Shown: in pieces, positions 52,296 to 64,000 of the stretch
Numbering within the stretch: position 1 is the first letter of the stretch
Layout: each line of letters starts with the position of its first letter
The notes under the pieces: generated by a model
Databases searched by the model: none
Seen by the model: only the letters and a program-made list of their open reading frames with translations
Told to the model about the DNA's origin: nothing
Source: Felis catus
Taxonomy: Eukaryota
DNA: 64,000 nt
Direction: 5' to 3'
Assembly (NCBI RefSeq): GCF_018350175.1
Contig: NC_058369.1
Span: 152,520,001 to 152,584,000 of the forward strand
Program-made: the position numbers and the translations under genes

Positions 52296-53494
52296 AATAA
52301 AGTCTATTTCTAACTAATCTTTGATAGGACTCACTTGAACTGGCCTGTGTTTTATGAATGGACTTTGGTGTGAATTCATGGCACAAAAGACTAGTCATCG
52401 TTGTTACAACTCCAGTACCTAACAGAGTCTGCCCCATGTTGTTTATAATAAATGTTTAAAACAAATGAATGAATGAAACGCAAGAGAGCTGAATTCCCCT
52501 GGGACTACACATGGCCTTGCAGCTTAGCACAGTGTGACAAGAGAGCATCTCTGAGCCACCTCATAGAGGTTTTTCTCTTTGTGAGTCCTAAGGCAAACCC
52601 TGATTGGGCTGTCCATTTCTGTCCTTTTTCCATCCAGCTCTCTGAGATCTGGAGGTAATCCATGCTGGATTACGTTTCTTGGCATCTTATCTCTAGGGGG
52701 ATCAGCACAAATAGAGAGAAAAGAACATACAAATAGTAGATGTCCCTGCCAAAAAAGTCTGTAAACCATTTCAGGACTGCCTGTTCTTCAATTAAATAAC
52801 AGTGAATGAGAAACATCTACCGCACCCATTCTCTCATCAGATAACAACTGGGCCTTCTTTAGAAATAATTATACTCAATAGTTTCCTTCAGTGGCTTCCT
52901 AGAAATTGCTGCAATTTACCCTGGGACATTCTCAAGCTGCCACTGACAACAGCCTATCCAAAAACACATTCAAGTGGGCCTCTTTGCAGGGAGCAGTAAA
53001 ATCAAATTGAATCAAGGCTTCTGAACAGAGATCTAAAATGGATTTTGGACACCTGCGGGGCTCAAAGAGAACTCTAATAATTCAGTTGTCTTCTGCCTGG
53101 AGTAGAGAACAATGCCTCAGAAATGTGAAAAAAAATTGTAAAGGAGTTTTTGAATTTGGGACCAAGGATAAACCAACATCACATCAGCAGCAATCACGAG
53201 CTGCCACTGCCCAACATGTTTTTCTAGAGACAGTACTTGCTTTTCCCCTTCCAAAATAGACAGTACTTGTAAAGGTTGTTAATTCTTTTTCAATAGAAGT
53301 TGAATAAGTTCTTGACTTAAGGCATCCCTTTGTGAGGTGGTTAATATGTCAGAGTTACAAATTATTTGAGACACCTCCACACCTCCAACAAGATTATGGG
53401 ATTAAAGCATTATAGAGTTGGAAGAAAACTTAGAGGTTCACTAATTCACTATCTGCTACTCCCTCTGATTGTTATTATGCTATGATTTCATCTT

Positions 53495-53709
53495 TATTTT
53501 TTTTTAAATGTTTATTTATTTTTGAGACAGAGAGAGACAGAGCATGAACAGGGGAGGGTCAGAGAGAGGGGGAGACACAGAATCTGAAGCAGGCTCCAGG
53601 CTCTGAGCTGTCAGCACGGAGCCTGACACGGGGCTCGAACTCACGGACCGTGAGATCATGACCCGAGCCAAGGTCGGACGCTTAACCGACTGAGCCACCC
53701 AGGCGCCCC
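53495..53709 (-). mobile_element. SINEC_Fc
   Basis: Reverse-complement element; TSD tatgatt(t/g)catcttta. Confidence 0.95.
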
Positions 53710-54354
53710 TATGATTGCATCTTTAAATGGCCGCTCTGTCTCTGCTTGACCCTCATCAGGCGTGGAAGGTGCAGGACAGAAGTGCCCTATTCCTTGTTCA
53801 GACGACTCTAAGCATTTGTAAATTCTACCTAAGGAATCTCTCTCTCTGTCTCCATAGTTTATGGGCTTTTCTTCTACTATTTGGGTCAGAATTGGGTTTT
53901 AAGTCGCTGAGATAATCAGCCACAGACACTCATGGCAAAAGAATGCACATGTGAAGCACCAGAGACAGACACATATCAAAGAAACCGTTTGCTAACTTCA
54001 TGGCTAACAGATTAAAAAATGGTTATTTTAAGGACCAAATATGAGAGAGCTTTTACGCCATTGGTTGAAACCAAAAATTCTTACGTTCTCTTGAGCTCTT
54101 CAAATGCACATTGAAGTGCACATTTTCATGCTTTCTATTGAGATAAATTGTTATGCTTTTGAAATTATAATAAATGAACATGCAGCAGAGTGAAATTAGC
54201 ATGTGGTTATTCTAGACAGTCTCTTCTGCTGGGCGTCAGGTTCCTGGCATGCAGAGGAGAAGCAAAGACAAAGAACTGGGAGTGGTTTCACTTGGTGGCA
54301 CTGCAAAGCAGCCCCACAAACATGTCAGCTTCGTTACTGTTTTAAAGCAAACGA

Positions 54355-54785
54355 GGGGTCCCTGGGGTCTCAGGCAGTTAAGCATCCAACTTCGGCTCAG
54401 GTCACGAGCTCGCGGTTCGTGCGTTTGAGCCCCGCGCCAGGCTCTGCGCTGACAGAAGAACCAATGAAGGAGCTAAGTCTGCCCCTACTGCAAATGTGGC
54501 CATACTAACTTTTCCTTCTGCAAGTGAGCTGGAGAGATCTCTTGACTATCCAGATAAAAAATATGGGGAAAGCCCAAAAAAACAGAAAACAATAAAAAGC
54601 AAAGAGAATAATAATAACAAGCTTGGGTGATTATACTTTTCATCATGAATTAATGACTTCGAATTAAGGCAAAATGAATCGATTAACAGATATTAAGAAG
54701 TCCCCACCTCTGTGTCTCCCTTTCTCTCTGCCCCTCCCCTGCTGATGCTCTCTCTCTCTCAAAAATAAATAAACATTTAAAAAAG
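54355..54785 (+). mobile_element. SINEC_Fc split by a 253-bp non-SINE insert (54456-54708)
   Basis: 5' half ends ...ctgcgctgacag; 3' half resumes tctgtgtctccc...aaaaataaataaac. Confidence 0.88.
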
Positions 54786-55504
54786 GAAAAGAAACAGGCC
54801 AATTGCCTCCATCTATATTTCAAATTCTCCTAACCATCCATTTCCTTTTCTGATAGTGAATGTCACAGCTGTTCCTGACTCAGTCACGAACTCCGAGACT
54901 TTTAGGCGGAACCGCCCCATATATACATGACAACTTCTAGGCACCAGAGTCACAGATTTATTTTTTAAGTCATAGACCCTCCAACTTTCCTCTACAGAAG
55001 ATCAGGCTGTCTTTCCCCCTTCTCCTTTCTCTTTATTCCAGCTCACTAAATCCACTTCTCAGTCCTCACTCCAATCCCCCTTCAGCAGCATTCCACACTC
55101 TGGTTAACTCCCTGCTCCTTTTCTCTGGATTTCAGTTCAGAATACTTCTGATTTCCCAACTAAATTTCCATCTGCTCCCTCTTTATCTGCCCTGCAATTC
55201 CTTCTCCTCTGAATGGTGTTCAAATACGTAAGCCTCTCTCCACCCTCCAGTAAAACCCCGACAGACCAAGCTATTAGCACCTTGCTCCTAGACCCATTGC
55301 TGCAGACAAAGCACTCGGTGTGAAATGTAAATGCGATCATGACGTGGTGACTTTGCTCCCCCATTAAATCATGAGCTCTCTGAGCACAGGAGGCCCAGCT
55401 AGACCTATCTTTGTTGAGCTGCTGCTTCCCATATGGACTTACTAATTTTGAAATGAGAAAAACTATTTTTCATGACAACTAACTACATTCTTCATTCCAC
55501 CTAA

Positions 55505-55744
55505 TCTCTCTCTCTCTCTCTCCCTCTCTCTCTCTTTTTTTTAATGTTTATTTTTGAGACAGAGACAGAGCAAGAGAGCAACGCAGCCGGGGAGGGGTAG
55601 AGAGAAAGAAAGAAGATCTGAAATGGGCTCTGTGCTGACAACAGAGAGCCTGATGTGCGGCTCCATATCACAAACTCATACACTGTGAGATCATGACCTG
55701 AGCCGAAGATGTACACTCAACCGACTGAGCCATCCAGGTGCCCC
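55505..55744 (-). mobile_element. CAN-SINE with a (GA)n extension after the A tail
   Basis: Reverse-complement element; TSD ccacctaatc. Confidence 0.9.
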
Positions 55745-56106
55745 TTTATCCCACCTAATCGTGTGTGCTATGTAATTCCACCATTGGCTAGGATGGGAAC
55801 CAGTAAACAGAATTTGGTTCAAGGGAAAAATCTATTCCCATTACTAAACCAACAAACAAAAAATAATCTCAATGCTCATGCCACCCTCACAGCTGCGGTT
55901 GGTTCTCTGGCTTACCTCTGGTTAATACAAGTGGAGAGAAATTTCTACTTGTAATTAGATACCACCTACAGAGTTAAATCTCCCGAGAGTCTCCTGCCCT
56001 ATTATTTGCTCAGTTGGCAACTAGAGAGGACGTTCTTTCAGAAAACTTTATAGGAGTTTCAGACCTGAAGTTCCCACTTATTTTCTTATTTATACTCTTT
56101 TATGTT

Positions 56107-56315
56107 TTTTTTTTTTTTTAATTTATTTTTGGGACAGAGAGAGACAGAGCATGAACGGGGGAGGGGCAGAGAGAGAGGGAGACACAGAATCGGAAACAGG
56201 CTCCAGGCTCTGAGCCATCAGCCCAGAGCCTGATGCGGGGCTCAAACTCACAGACCGCGAGATCGTGACCTGGCTGAAGTCGGACGCTTAACCGACTGCG
56301 CCACCCAGGCGCCCC
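56107..56315 (-). mobile_element. Young SINEC_Fc, TSD atactcttttatgttt
   Basis: Many CpGs intact, perfect TSD. Confidence 0.96.
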
Positions 56316-57011
56316 AATACTCTTTTATGTTTAAAGGAGTTGGGACAAACTATCACAGGGAAAGGTAAAGGAAGCAAATGCCCCAGGAAATACAGAGGGA
56401 CTGAAAGTAGAGGTAGAGGGAACATGCATTTTTGTAGGATTCTGAATATTCATATTGCTAAATAAAGAAGAGTTAAGAACAGCTGGAAAGGGAACAAGAA
56501 CTCAAGGCCAGTCTTTCATCACAGTGGGCGAGAATCATTTCCACTCCATGAGAGAAGTCCATTTAATGGAGGTTTCCTGGCTATTAAAAAGGACTAAAGA
56601 TTCTATCATAAAATACTAACATGGGCTGCTTTTAGTAGCATAGCCTGAAGTGGCTTGCAGAAGACTTTCGCTGCTGTGATTGTCCAGGAGTCCATTAATT
56701 ACTATCTCCAATGGAGTAAGGAACCACTGGGCCTGAACCAACGAGATATAACAGGATAATCTCAAGCCACCTAAATGGCTTCAGATCTCATGTGCTCAGA
56801 AAGGGAGAGCTTTCAGGTTTCAATTTCTATGTATCAAACAAAAGGAAAAATCTTACATTTATTTCTTATTTAACTGCTAAAATGCCTTGGCTTTGCAATC
56901 ACAAGCTAGGATATCCTGTTCATATTTGCAACTGATAAACTGACTTTCTTGGTTGGAAAGGGGTGTGGAGCAAGGACTGGGATTTGTATAGTTTAAAAGA
57001 GTGTTATTTTA

Positions 57012-57221
57012 GAAGCGCCTAGATGGCTCAGTCGGTTAAGCATCCGACTTCGGTTCAGGTCATGATCTCAAGGTTCGTGGGTTTGAGCCCCGCGTCTGGC
57101 TGTGTGCTGACAGCTCAGAGCCTGGAGTCTGCTTCGGATTCTGTATCTCCCTCTCTCTCTGCTTCTCCCCAGCGCTCTCTTTCTCTCTGTCTCTCAAAAA
57201 TAAAATAAACATTAAAAAAAA
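57012..57221 (+). mobile_element. SINEC_Fc
   Basis: Full element. Confidence 0.93.
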
Positions 57222-57486
57222 GTGTCATTTCACAAAAGAAATGTGTGGCCCTTCACATATATCATGAAGGACTAAATTAGGCTGCAACTACTAATATATT
57301 TACTCATCTTCTAGTAACCCTACGCACTTTGATGAATCAAGTGGTGGTATTTGAGTGAGGGTACCATGAGAACAGCATTTTTATTTAAAAAAAAACCTAG
57401 ATTACATGTATATTTTAAAATTTTTAAACACTTATGAACCTACAGGAAAAAAATTAAAATTGGTAATTTTTTAAGAAAAAATAACC

Positions 57487-57735
57487 GGGGCGCCTGGGTG
57501 GCTTAGTCCGTTGAGCATCCGACTTCGGCTCAGGTCATGATCTCACGGTCTGTGAGTTCGAGCCCCACGTCGGGCTTTGTGCTGACAGCTCAGAGCCTGG
57601 AGCCTGCTTTGGATTCTGTGTCTCCCTCTCTGTCTGCCCCTCCCCCACTCATGCTCCGTCTGTCTGTCTCTGTCTCTCTCTCTCTCTCTCTGTCAAAAAT
57701 AAACATTTTTTAAAAATTTAAAAAAAAAAGAAAAA
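57487..57735 (+). mobile_element. SINEC_Fc
   Basis: Full element. Confidence 0.94.
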
Positions 57736-59613
57736 AGAACCAACAAAGCAGAATCCAAAAATGCATAAGGCAATAATGGTGTGAAAATAAACATGGCCAT
57801 CTTATTAAAATGGAGAAATGTAACCCCACTTTATTTGAGAAAAGACTGAACGCATGAATTACCAGCTGTGTTCCTACTGAAAAGCTTGTGTGCAAATTAT
57901 GTGGAGGTAACTCTGCATCCCCAGGGAACAGGCTCAGTAAGAAAGAGAGTCTGTGTTGGGTTTAGATCAAGAAAATAAAAAAGTTAAGTATTGGCCTAAC
58001 AATAAATGGCATTACATAAGAAACATTTCCTTAAATGGCTATAGCTCTCTACAGAAAACAGTTTAAAAAGGACACACGTACTTTCTTAAAATGTGGGTAT
58101 TTAAGAAAATTCGCAAAGCTATGTTTCATATTGGTCATTGTTAGTTTACCATGTTACGTTTCAACTCCTTTTTCCCTTCTGGTTCACGATGGCTCGCCAA
58201 GGTCTGGAATATTTCAGTAGTGCTCCACGTCCCTCTGGAGAGTGAAAGGACACCACGTCTGTCCTAGTCATCCACTTACAGCTGGGGGAAAGCTGAGTCC
58301 CCTGCTCACAGATGTGCTCCTGTCACCTCCTGTTTCCTTGTCAGAGATCCAAGAACAAATCAGAGTCCCCTAAATCCAACTCCCCTTTCCAACTCAGTAA
58401 ATTGAGCCAATTAGGCAGAAACTGTCATCACCATTCTCTAAACCCTAATCCAATGAACAGAGGAATTTTTTTTTTAATTTTTAAATCATTCATCTTATTG
58501 GTGTCAAAGTGGACAGAACAAAGACACCTTGCCCAAATGGGACTCATAGAGTTCTATCACTGCAACTGCTAATAATTTTACAAAAATAACTTTGTAAAAT
58601 TTGATAGTAAACTTGAGAAGAAGAAGTCCCATAAGATAAACTTTTAGTCCGAGACTAATAACAGTGTTTGGATGATGAAGAACAAACACAAAACAATTAG
58701 TTAAAATAAAGCTAAAAAGAAAAAAAAAATGACAGAAGTAAAAGAATGGTTTCTGCTGAGAACTTCATGACAGAATATGAAAATAACTTGGGGTGCTTTT
58801 GCCTGGGCCCACTGTCCACGCTCTTCTCTCTTTCACTTACCATATTACAGATCAAGCCTCTACCAAAGGCAGTATTTTAACATTTCATAAGCCAAGAGCC
58901 TCTCATCAGGAAAACATGTTAATTGTTTTACTCTGCCTGAGCAACAAAATATCATCGGGCCAAAAGATTTATGTCCCAATTAGAGAACATAAATCCGCTC
59001 TCGTGAGAGCAGGAGAGTCTAAACGATGAAGAAAAAGAAACTAATTACAGTTCTCTCTGTTATAAAGCTGAAAACTTTGGCCTTTTTGTTCCATTTATAA
59101 TTCTTCTAGCACCACTCCCATTTTAGTCAAATATCTTAGGTACAACTTTGAAACGTGCTGAACTCATTTTTAGAATTTCATTTTCTGACACAAAATGGGA
59201 TGAAGGCCTGGGATCAACCGAGTGCAGCAGCAACATGGAATTTTTCTTTCTCCCTTTAACAATGTATTCCCTTTCCATTTCCTGTTAGTGTTTCAGGGTG
59301 GCATGACAGACCAGGAAAGTCAATCACACTGGTATAATTACATCAAAATTCTCCAAATGAAATGTGCGTTGCAGCTTATTGCTACCTGAGCACAACAATC
59401 CAAAAGAAACACCCTGTTGGCACGCTCAAAACAAACGTCTAGATTTCTTTGTTATTGATATGTTCTTCCCACTCCATGGTGGAATATATATCAGCTGTTA
59501 TTGTAATACTGGAGTGAAAGGTTTCTCTTTCTTTCTGAAAGCGGTAAATCTATTAAAAACTCTACAGATTGCAGTTTATCTACTATCTATCTATCTAGAT
59601 AGATATACATGTA

Positions 59614-59771
59614 NNNNNNNNNNNNNNNNNNNNNNNNNNNNNNNNNNNNNNNNNNNNNNNNNNNNNNNNNNNNNNNNNNNNNNNNNNNNNNNNNNNNNNN
59701 NNNNNNNNNNNNNNNNNNNNNNNNNNNNNNNNNNNNNNNNNNNNNNNNNNNNNNNNNNNNNNNNNNNNNNN
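59614..59771. other. Assembly gap (158 N)
   Basis: Run of N directly after (TATC)n/(GATA)n low-complexity sequence. Confidence 0.99.
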
Positions 59772-60105
59772 GTAATTAGGGTGTTTTTTCCTACATTTGT
59801 AAGTAAATCTTTTCCTCACAAAGACTAGCAAAATGACTCCCCTCTCCTTCCATTTGTAGTCTGTGTTTCTATAGTCGCTTCTATTCCAGTAATGTTTTAG
59901 AAATTCATAGACGAACAAAAATTTAAAGGTCATATTGTTTGACCACCTTATTTTACAGAAATTGAATTTGGGTCCAGAGAGGTCAACAACAAATTTGTTG
60001 TACCCATATAGCTAATACCAACAATTTGCTATAAATAAAAGAGCAATGTTCTGCAGCCCTTCTTCTACCATTTAATAAAAAAGATTTTAAAGAACTAAAC
60101 CATCA

Positions 60106-60345
60106 GGGGCGCCTGGGTGGCGCAGTCGGTTAAGCGTCCGACTTCAGCCAGGTCACGATCTCGCGGTCCGGGAGTTCGAGCCCCGCGTCGGGCTCTGGGC
60201 TGATGGCTCGGAGCCTGGAGCCTGTTTCCGATTCTGTGTCTCCCTCTCTCTCTGCCCCTCCCCCGTTCATGCTCTGTCTCTCTCTGTCCCAAAAATAAAA
60301 TAAAACGTTGAAAAAAAAATTTTTTTTAAATAAATAAGTAAATAA
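60106..60345 (+). mobile_element. Young SINEC_Fc, TSD aaagaactaaaccatca
   Basis: CpGs intact; perfect 17-bp TSD. Confidence 0.96.
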
Positions 60346-60447
60346 AAGAACTAAACCATCAATACAAGTCAGATACACAAAGTTCAATCTTTATACAGCT
60401 GGTGATAGGAAAAGAAAACTAAAATGTAGTCAAATTTATCTAGTATG

Positions 60448-60838
60448 ATGCTCTTATGGGCTGGGTTGGGCACCCCTCCCCTCCCCACATTCATGCTCTG
60501 AAGTCCCAACTCCAATCCCTCAGAATGGGACTGTGTGTGAAGAGAGGGTCTTTAAGGAGGAATTAAGTTAAAACAAGGTCATGTGGGTGGACCCTAGTCC
60601 AATCTGACTGGTGTCCTTATAAAAAGAGATTGGGACAGACACACACAGAGGGAAGACTGTGGAAGACACAGGAAGACAACCTCCAGCTGTAAGTCAAGGG
60701 GAGAGGCCTCAGGAGAAACCAAGGCTGCCAACACCTTGATTGCAGACTTCTGGCCTCTAGCCTGTGAGGACATAAATTTCGGCAGTTTAAACCACTCAGT
60801 CTGTAGTACTTTATTATGGCGGCCCAAGCAAACTACAC
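60448..60838 (+). mobile_element. MLT1A/B-like ERVL-MaLR solo LTR
   Basis: ccctagtccaatctgactggtgtccttataaaaagag...gagaggcctcaggagaaacc...acaccttgatt...gacttctggcctctag...ataaatttc...gcaaacta. Confidence 0.88.
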
Positions 60839-63055
60839 GAATGCCTACTAAAGAGAATCACTAGGAGAATGAACAGATTTTATTTTGATCCTACAACTAC
60901 TGATTATAAAGGTAACATAAGTGGAAGAATAAGAGGCATCTAATGCATCGCTTTCCAAAATTCCAACCTGGCTTGACATTCCTATTTCGGATATTCAGAC
61001 CTTAATTTCTGCTTCTCCTAAAAGTCAAGGTGCATAGAATAATCTAAATATATATAGAGTTGTGTTTCTTGAACTAATGTTACTGCTAAGGTCATTTTTT
61101 AATTGTGATTGCTTAAAGTTTATTTCCATTAAACATACAAACGAAGGAATTCATACATTTTCCTCCTCCTTTGTCCTGCCCAATGGGCCTGGGGCACACG
61201 CCGCACCCGAACCTTCCTGCAGACTCTCCCCTTGCCCCTGAAGCCTCGTTAGGCCCTGCACCTCAAGCCAACAACACCTGAGTGAAAATTCCCTTAAGTT
61301 CTGAAGTGACCTTTTACTTTACGAGAAGTGCTGACTCCTAAATGTAAGACTGTTTCTACGCCTACGCAGACATGAATAATTCATCTCCGAAAATAAATTT
61401 TAAAAGCAACGAGATATAATTTTAAGTGTTGAGGGAGTCCTAAATGTATTATGCCTTACATAACTGTACCAGAGGCTGCTGTCTGTGTTTACCTCTGCTA
61501 AGAGAAGAACACAGGTGCCATCCGCCCCCCACAGCTGAGGGCATGACCCTTCCTGAGGAGCCACGTTCCCAGACCAAACGCCATCACTGACACGTCTAAA
61601 AGACTCTCTGGGTTCCTTAGCTGTACTAGAACTTATTTTTAACCGGGATTGTCATTCTGACGTTTTTCTTATAACACTTGAACTGCAAACCTGTAACACT
61701 AAAGAGTCACACATTTGAAACACTCAAAACTGAATTGTAAGTCATCACTCCTTTCCAAGTTTTCTTTGAAAAAGGAAGAAGTTTGCACAGCATGATTGAA
61801 TAAAATATATAAATCATATCTACGAAAATAAACACACACAAGAAAATGATCAGAGGTTATGGCAATCGTAGAGTGTAGGGTCTCAAATGCTGTCTCCAAA
61901 GCAGAAAGCCCTGGGTGTTAACTTTATTACTTTCTAGCATACAATCTTAGTTAAGTTTCCGAAAACTTCTTATTCTCGGTCTCGCCAACCATGGAATGGG
62001 AATAATGGCAACTGTCACCACAGTTATCGAGATGTTAAAATTGATCACAAGCCAAGGTGCTTATTAGCATAATATCAGACACATGTTATCTTTCTGGCTA
62101 AATGAAAAAACACACTTGAGTTCTTGCTGAGAGAAAGGTAAAACCTCCATTAAAGGTACCAAAACAGTACAGGGCCTGGCCTCCTGATCAGTCTTAGGAT
62201 AAAGGATGAATGTCCCATGAAGAGTTTTGCCTACTTCAAGTCTCAGATCCCTTTGGGGCAGATTTTCATAGAATCTAGGGTCATGACCTGAATTTTAGCA
62301 TAACATAACTTCAGAGCTGATAGAAATCCAGGGGAACAACTGCATTTCTTTTTTTAATATTTGAAAAAGCAGAATGCAAAGAGGTTAACACTTGGTCAAC
62401 GTCATACCACAAAAAGAGAGCTCCCCCTGACACCCAAAAGAGTAGAATGTTACCATGGGGGTGCTACAAAATAAGGAGGAAGACGCTCCAGTTAGAGACC
62501 TGTGTCTGTTCCTGCTGCCCCTTTTCTTTAAGGCACTAGGCCACTCTGGCCATGTGAGTGGGAATAAAACCTCAGGTGGAGAGGGGCAACTCTTGGGGGA
62601 AAGTTGCAGAGTGCAAGGAAGAAAGCCACCACCACCGGTGCTGCAGCCTGGGCTCAAGTCTGACAAGTGACAGGAGGGGAAGCTCAAGCAACACTTCCCT
62701 ACCTTTCTTTGGAATTCTCAAATTGGTTTATCTGTTTTATGCAACCAACGGAGAGGGTATCATAAAAAGAAAGGAAAACATGACATTTTGACATTATTGA
62801 AGGTCAAGGAAATGGGTACTGGAAAGTTAAATCACTCAGAAGATAACCCAGAAAATGTGAGTGGGAGCAAGAGAGAAGGACGATGTTAGCAGTTTCCTCT
62901 GCTCAGTGGTTCAGAGAGCAAACAGCTTTGCATTCCAGAAAGCCTCAAGCTAACTCTGTTGCTTCCCTTTCTGACTCTGAGATTCGGTAAATGGCATTTT
63001 TTCCTGTTCTGTGCATGTAGCAATTCTCTTGTACCCTTTTTAAAATACGAACTTT

Positions 63056-63295
63056 GGGATGCCTGGGTGGCTCAGTAGGTTAAGCATCTGACTCTTGATT
63101 TTACTCAGGTTATCATCTCACGGTAATGAGACTGAACACCCACTGGGTGTGGAAGTTGCTTACGATTCTCTCCCTTTCTCTCTGCCCCTCTCCTGCTCAG
63201 GTACACCTACACTTTGTCTCTCTCCCCCTCTCTCTCTCTCTCTCTCTCTCTCACAAAACAAATTAATTAATTAATTAAAATAAATAAAATGAAAT
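63056..63295 (+). mobile_element. CAN-SINE
   Basis: gggatgcctgggtggctcagtaggttaag head, long CT region, AT-rich tail. Confidence 0.9.
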
Positions 63296-63319
63296 AAACT
63301 TTTAAGTTTTCTCCCTTTA

Positions 63320-63550
63320 GTTTTTTAAAAAAACTATTAAATGTTTATTTATCCTTGAGAGACAGAGAGAGAGAGAAACAGAGCATTAGCATGGGAGGAG
63401 CAGAGAGAGAGGGAGACACAGAATCCCAAGCAGGCTCCAGGTTCTGAGCTGTCAGTGCAGAGCCCGACTAGGGGCTCAAACTCATGAACCATGAAATCGT
63501 GACCTGAGCCGAAGCTGGATGCTTAACGGACTGAACCACCCCGGCGCCCC
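63320..63550 (-). mobile_element. SINEC_Fc
   Basis: Reverse-complement element ending ...ccaccccggcgcccc. Confidence 0.94.
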
Positions 63551-64000
63551 AATTTTTCCTCCCTTTTAGAAGTAATGCATGTTCATCAAAATCAATCCAA
63601 AAATACAGGAAGCCAATAAAATATTATCTATAATCCCGTCACTCAGAGATAATCACCCCAGGATACAGAACAACAAAAGCATCAACAACAAATATATTCA
63701 TAATTTCTTGAGTGCTTAGGCCCTTTTGGAATCCTCACAATTGGTTTGGGGTCCAGAAACCACGACCTAAAGATTACATTCTATGCAATCAGAATCGGGA
63801 CAGATTTCTGCCCCAGACATGAAGCATCATTCGGGAGGCTGCAATGGTCCAGGACTACTTTTCATCCTGAGCTTCTCAAGAAGATCTGTGTGTCAGCCAC
63901 CATCAACTGAATTCATTCTTAGGCAAAGTATGTATGATGGATCTTCTTGGCACCTTAGAGGTACCCTCACAATTTACAGAGGCGTACATGTAAATTTCTA

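Larger units (their letters stand above)
1..64000 (-). other. DGKI: Interior of the DGKI gene (7 coding exons plus introns); gene continues beyond both window edges
   Basis: Seven minus-strand exons splice in frame to a peptide I recognise as DGK-iota (type IV DGK, paralogue of DGKZ). No start or stop exon seen in the window. Confidence 0.95.

Noticed and set aside
59364-59933. 154-aa and 112-aa ORFs
   Set aside because: Lengths are inflated by the N gap.
6604-60387. Recurrent ORFs beginning MAQSVK...SAQVMISR or their antisense equivalents, resembling a gene family
   Set aside because: They are translations of CAN-SINE copies, not genes.
45827-64000. Further upstream DGKI exons (end of the catalytic accessory domain)
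   Set aside because: No matching coding sequence found by eye; probably beyond the window, though a very small exon could have been missed.
1-64000. CRISPR array, operon, prophage, intact ERV or other novel multi-gene system
   Set aside because: No regularly spaced repeat-spacer structure and no long ORFs; the window is adequately explained as mammalian DGKI exons, introns and interspersed repeats.

Overview
Mammalian (felid; dense SINEC_Fc/CAN-SINE content) genomic DNA lying inside the diacylglycerol kinase iota gene (DGKI) on the minus strand. Seven internal coding exons (45726-45826, 24248-24327, 21963-22007, 6306-6375, 4193-4233, 3145-3272, 965-1087; 588 nt) all have AG/GT boundaries and compatible phases. 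They splice to PQSVPDRLRIRVNKISLQDYEGFHYDKEKLREASIPLGILVVRGDCDLETCRMYIDRLQEDLQSVSSGSQRVHYQDHETSFPRALSAQRLSPRWCFLDATSADRFYRIDRSQEHLHFVMEISQDEIFILDPDMVLSQQAGTPPGMPDLVVEQASGVADWWNPALRKRMLSDSGLGMITPHYEDSDLRDLSHSRVL, the segment between the catalytic domain and the ankyrin repeats. The rest is intron with about 30 CAN-SINEs, old L1/L2/MIR/LTR/DNA-transposon fragments, microsatellites and one 158-N gap. I found no evidence of a new gene or multi-gene system. The most unusual items are a chain of three perfect overlapping hairpins (10840-10894), a SINE whose middle is replaced by 253 bp of unrelated DNA (54355-54785), a CpG-retaining segment with hAT-transposase-like remnants (14795-15760), nested and inverted SINEs, and several splice options that could remodel or truncate the DGKI C-terminus. 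Repeat family names and boundaries are by eye and approximate.
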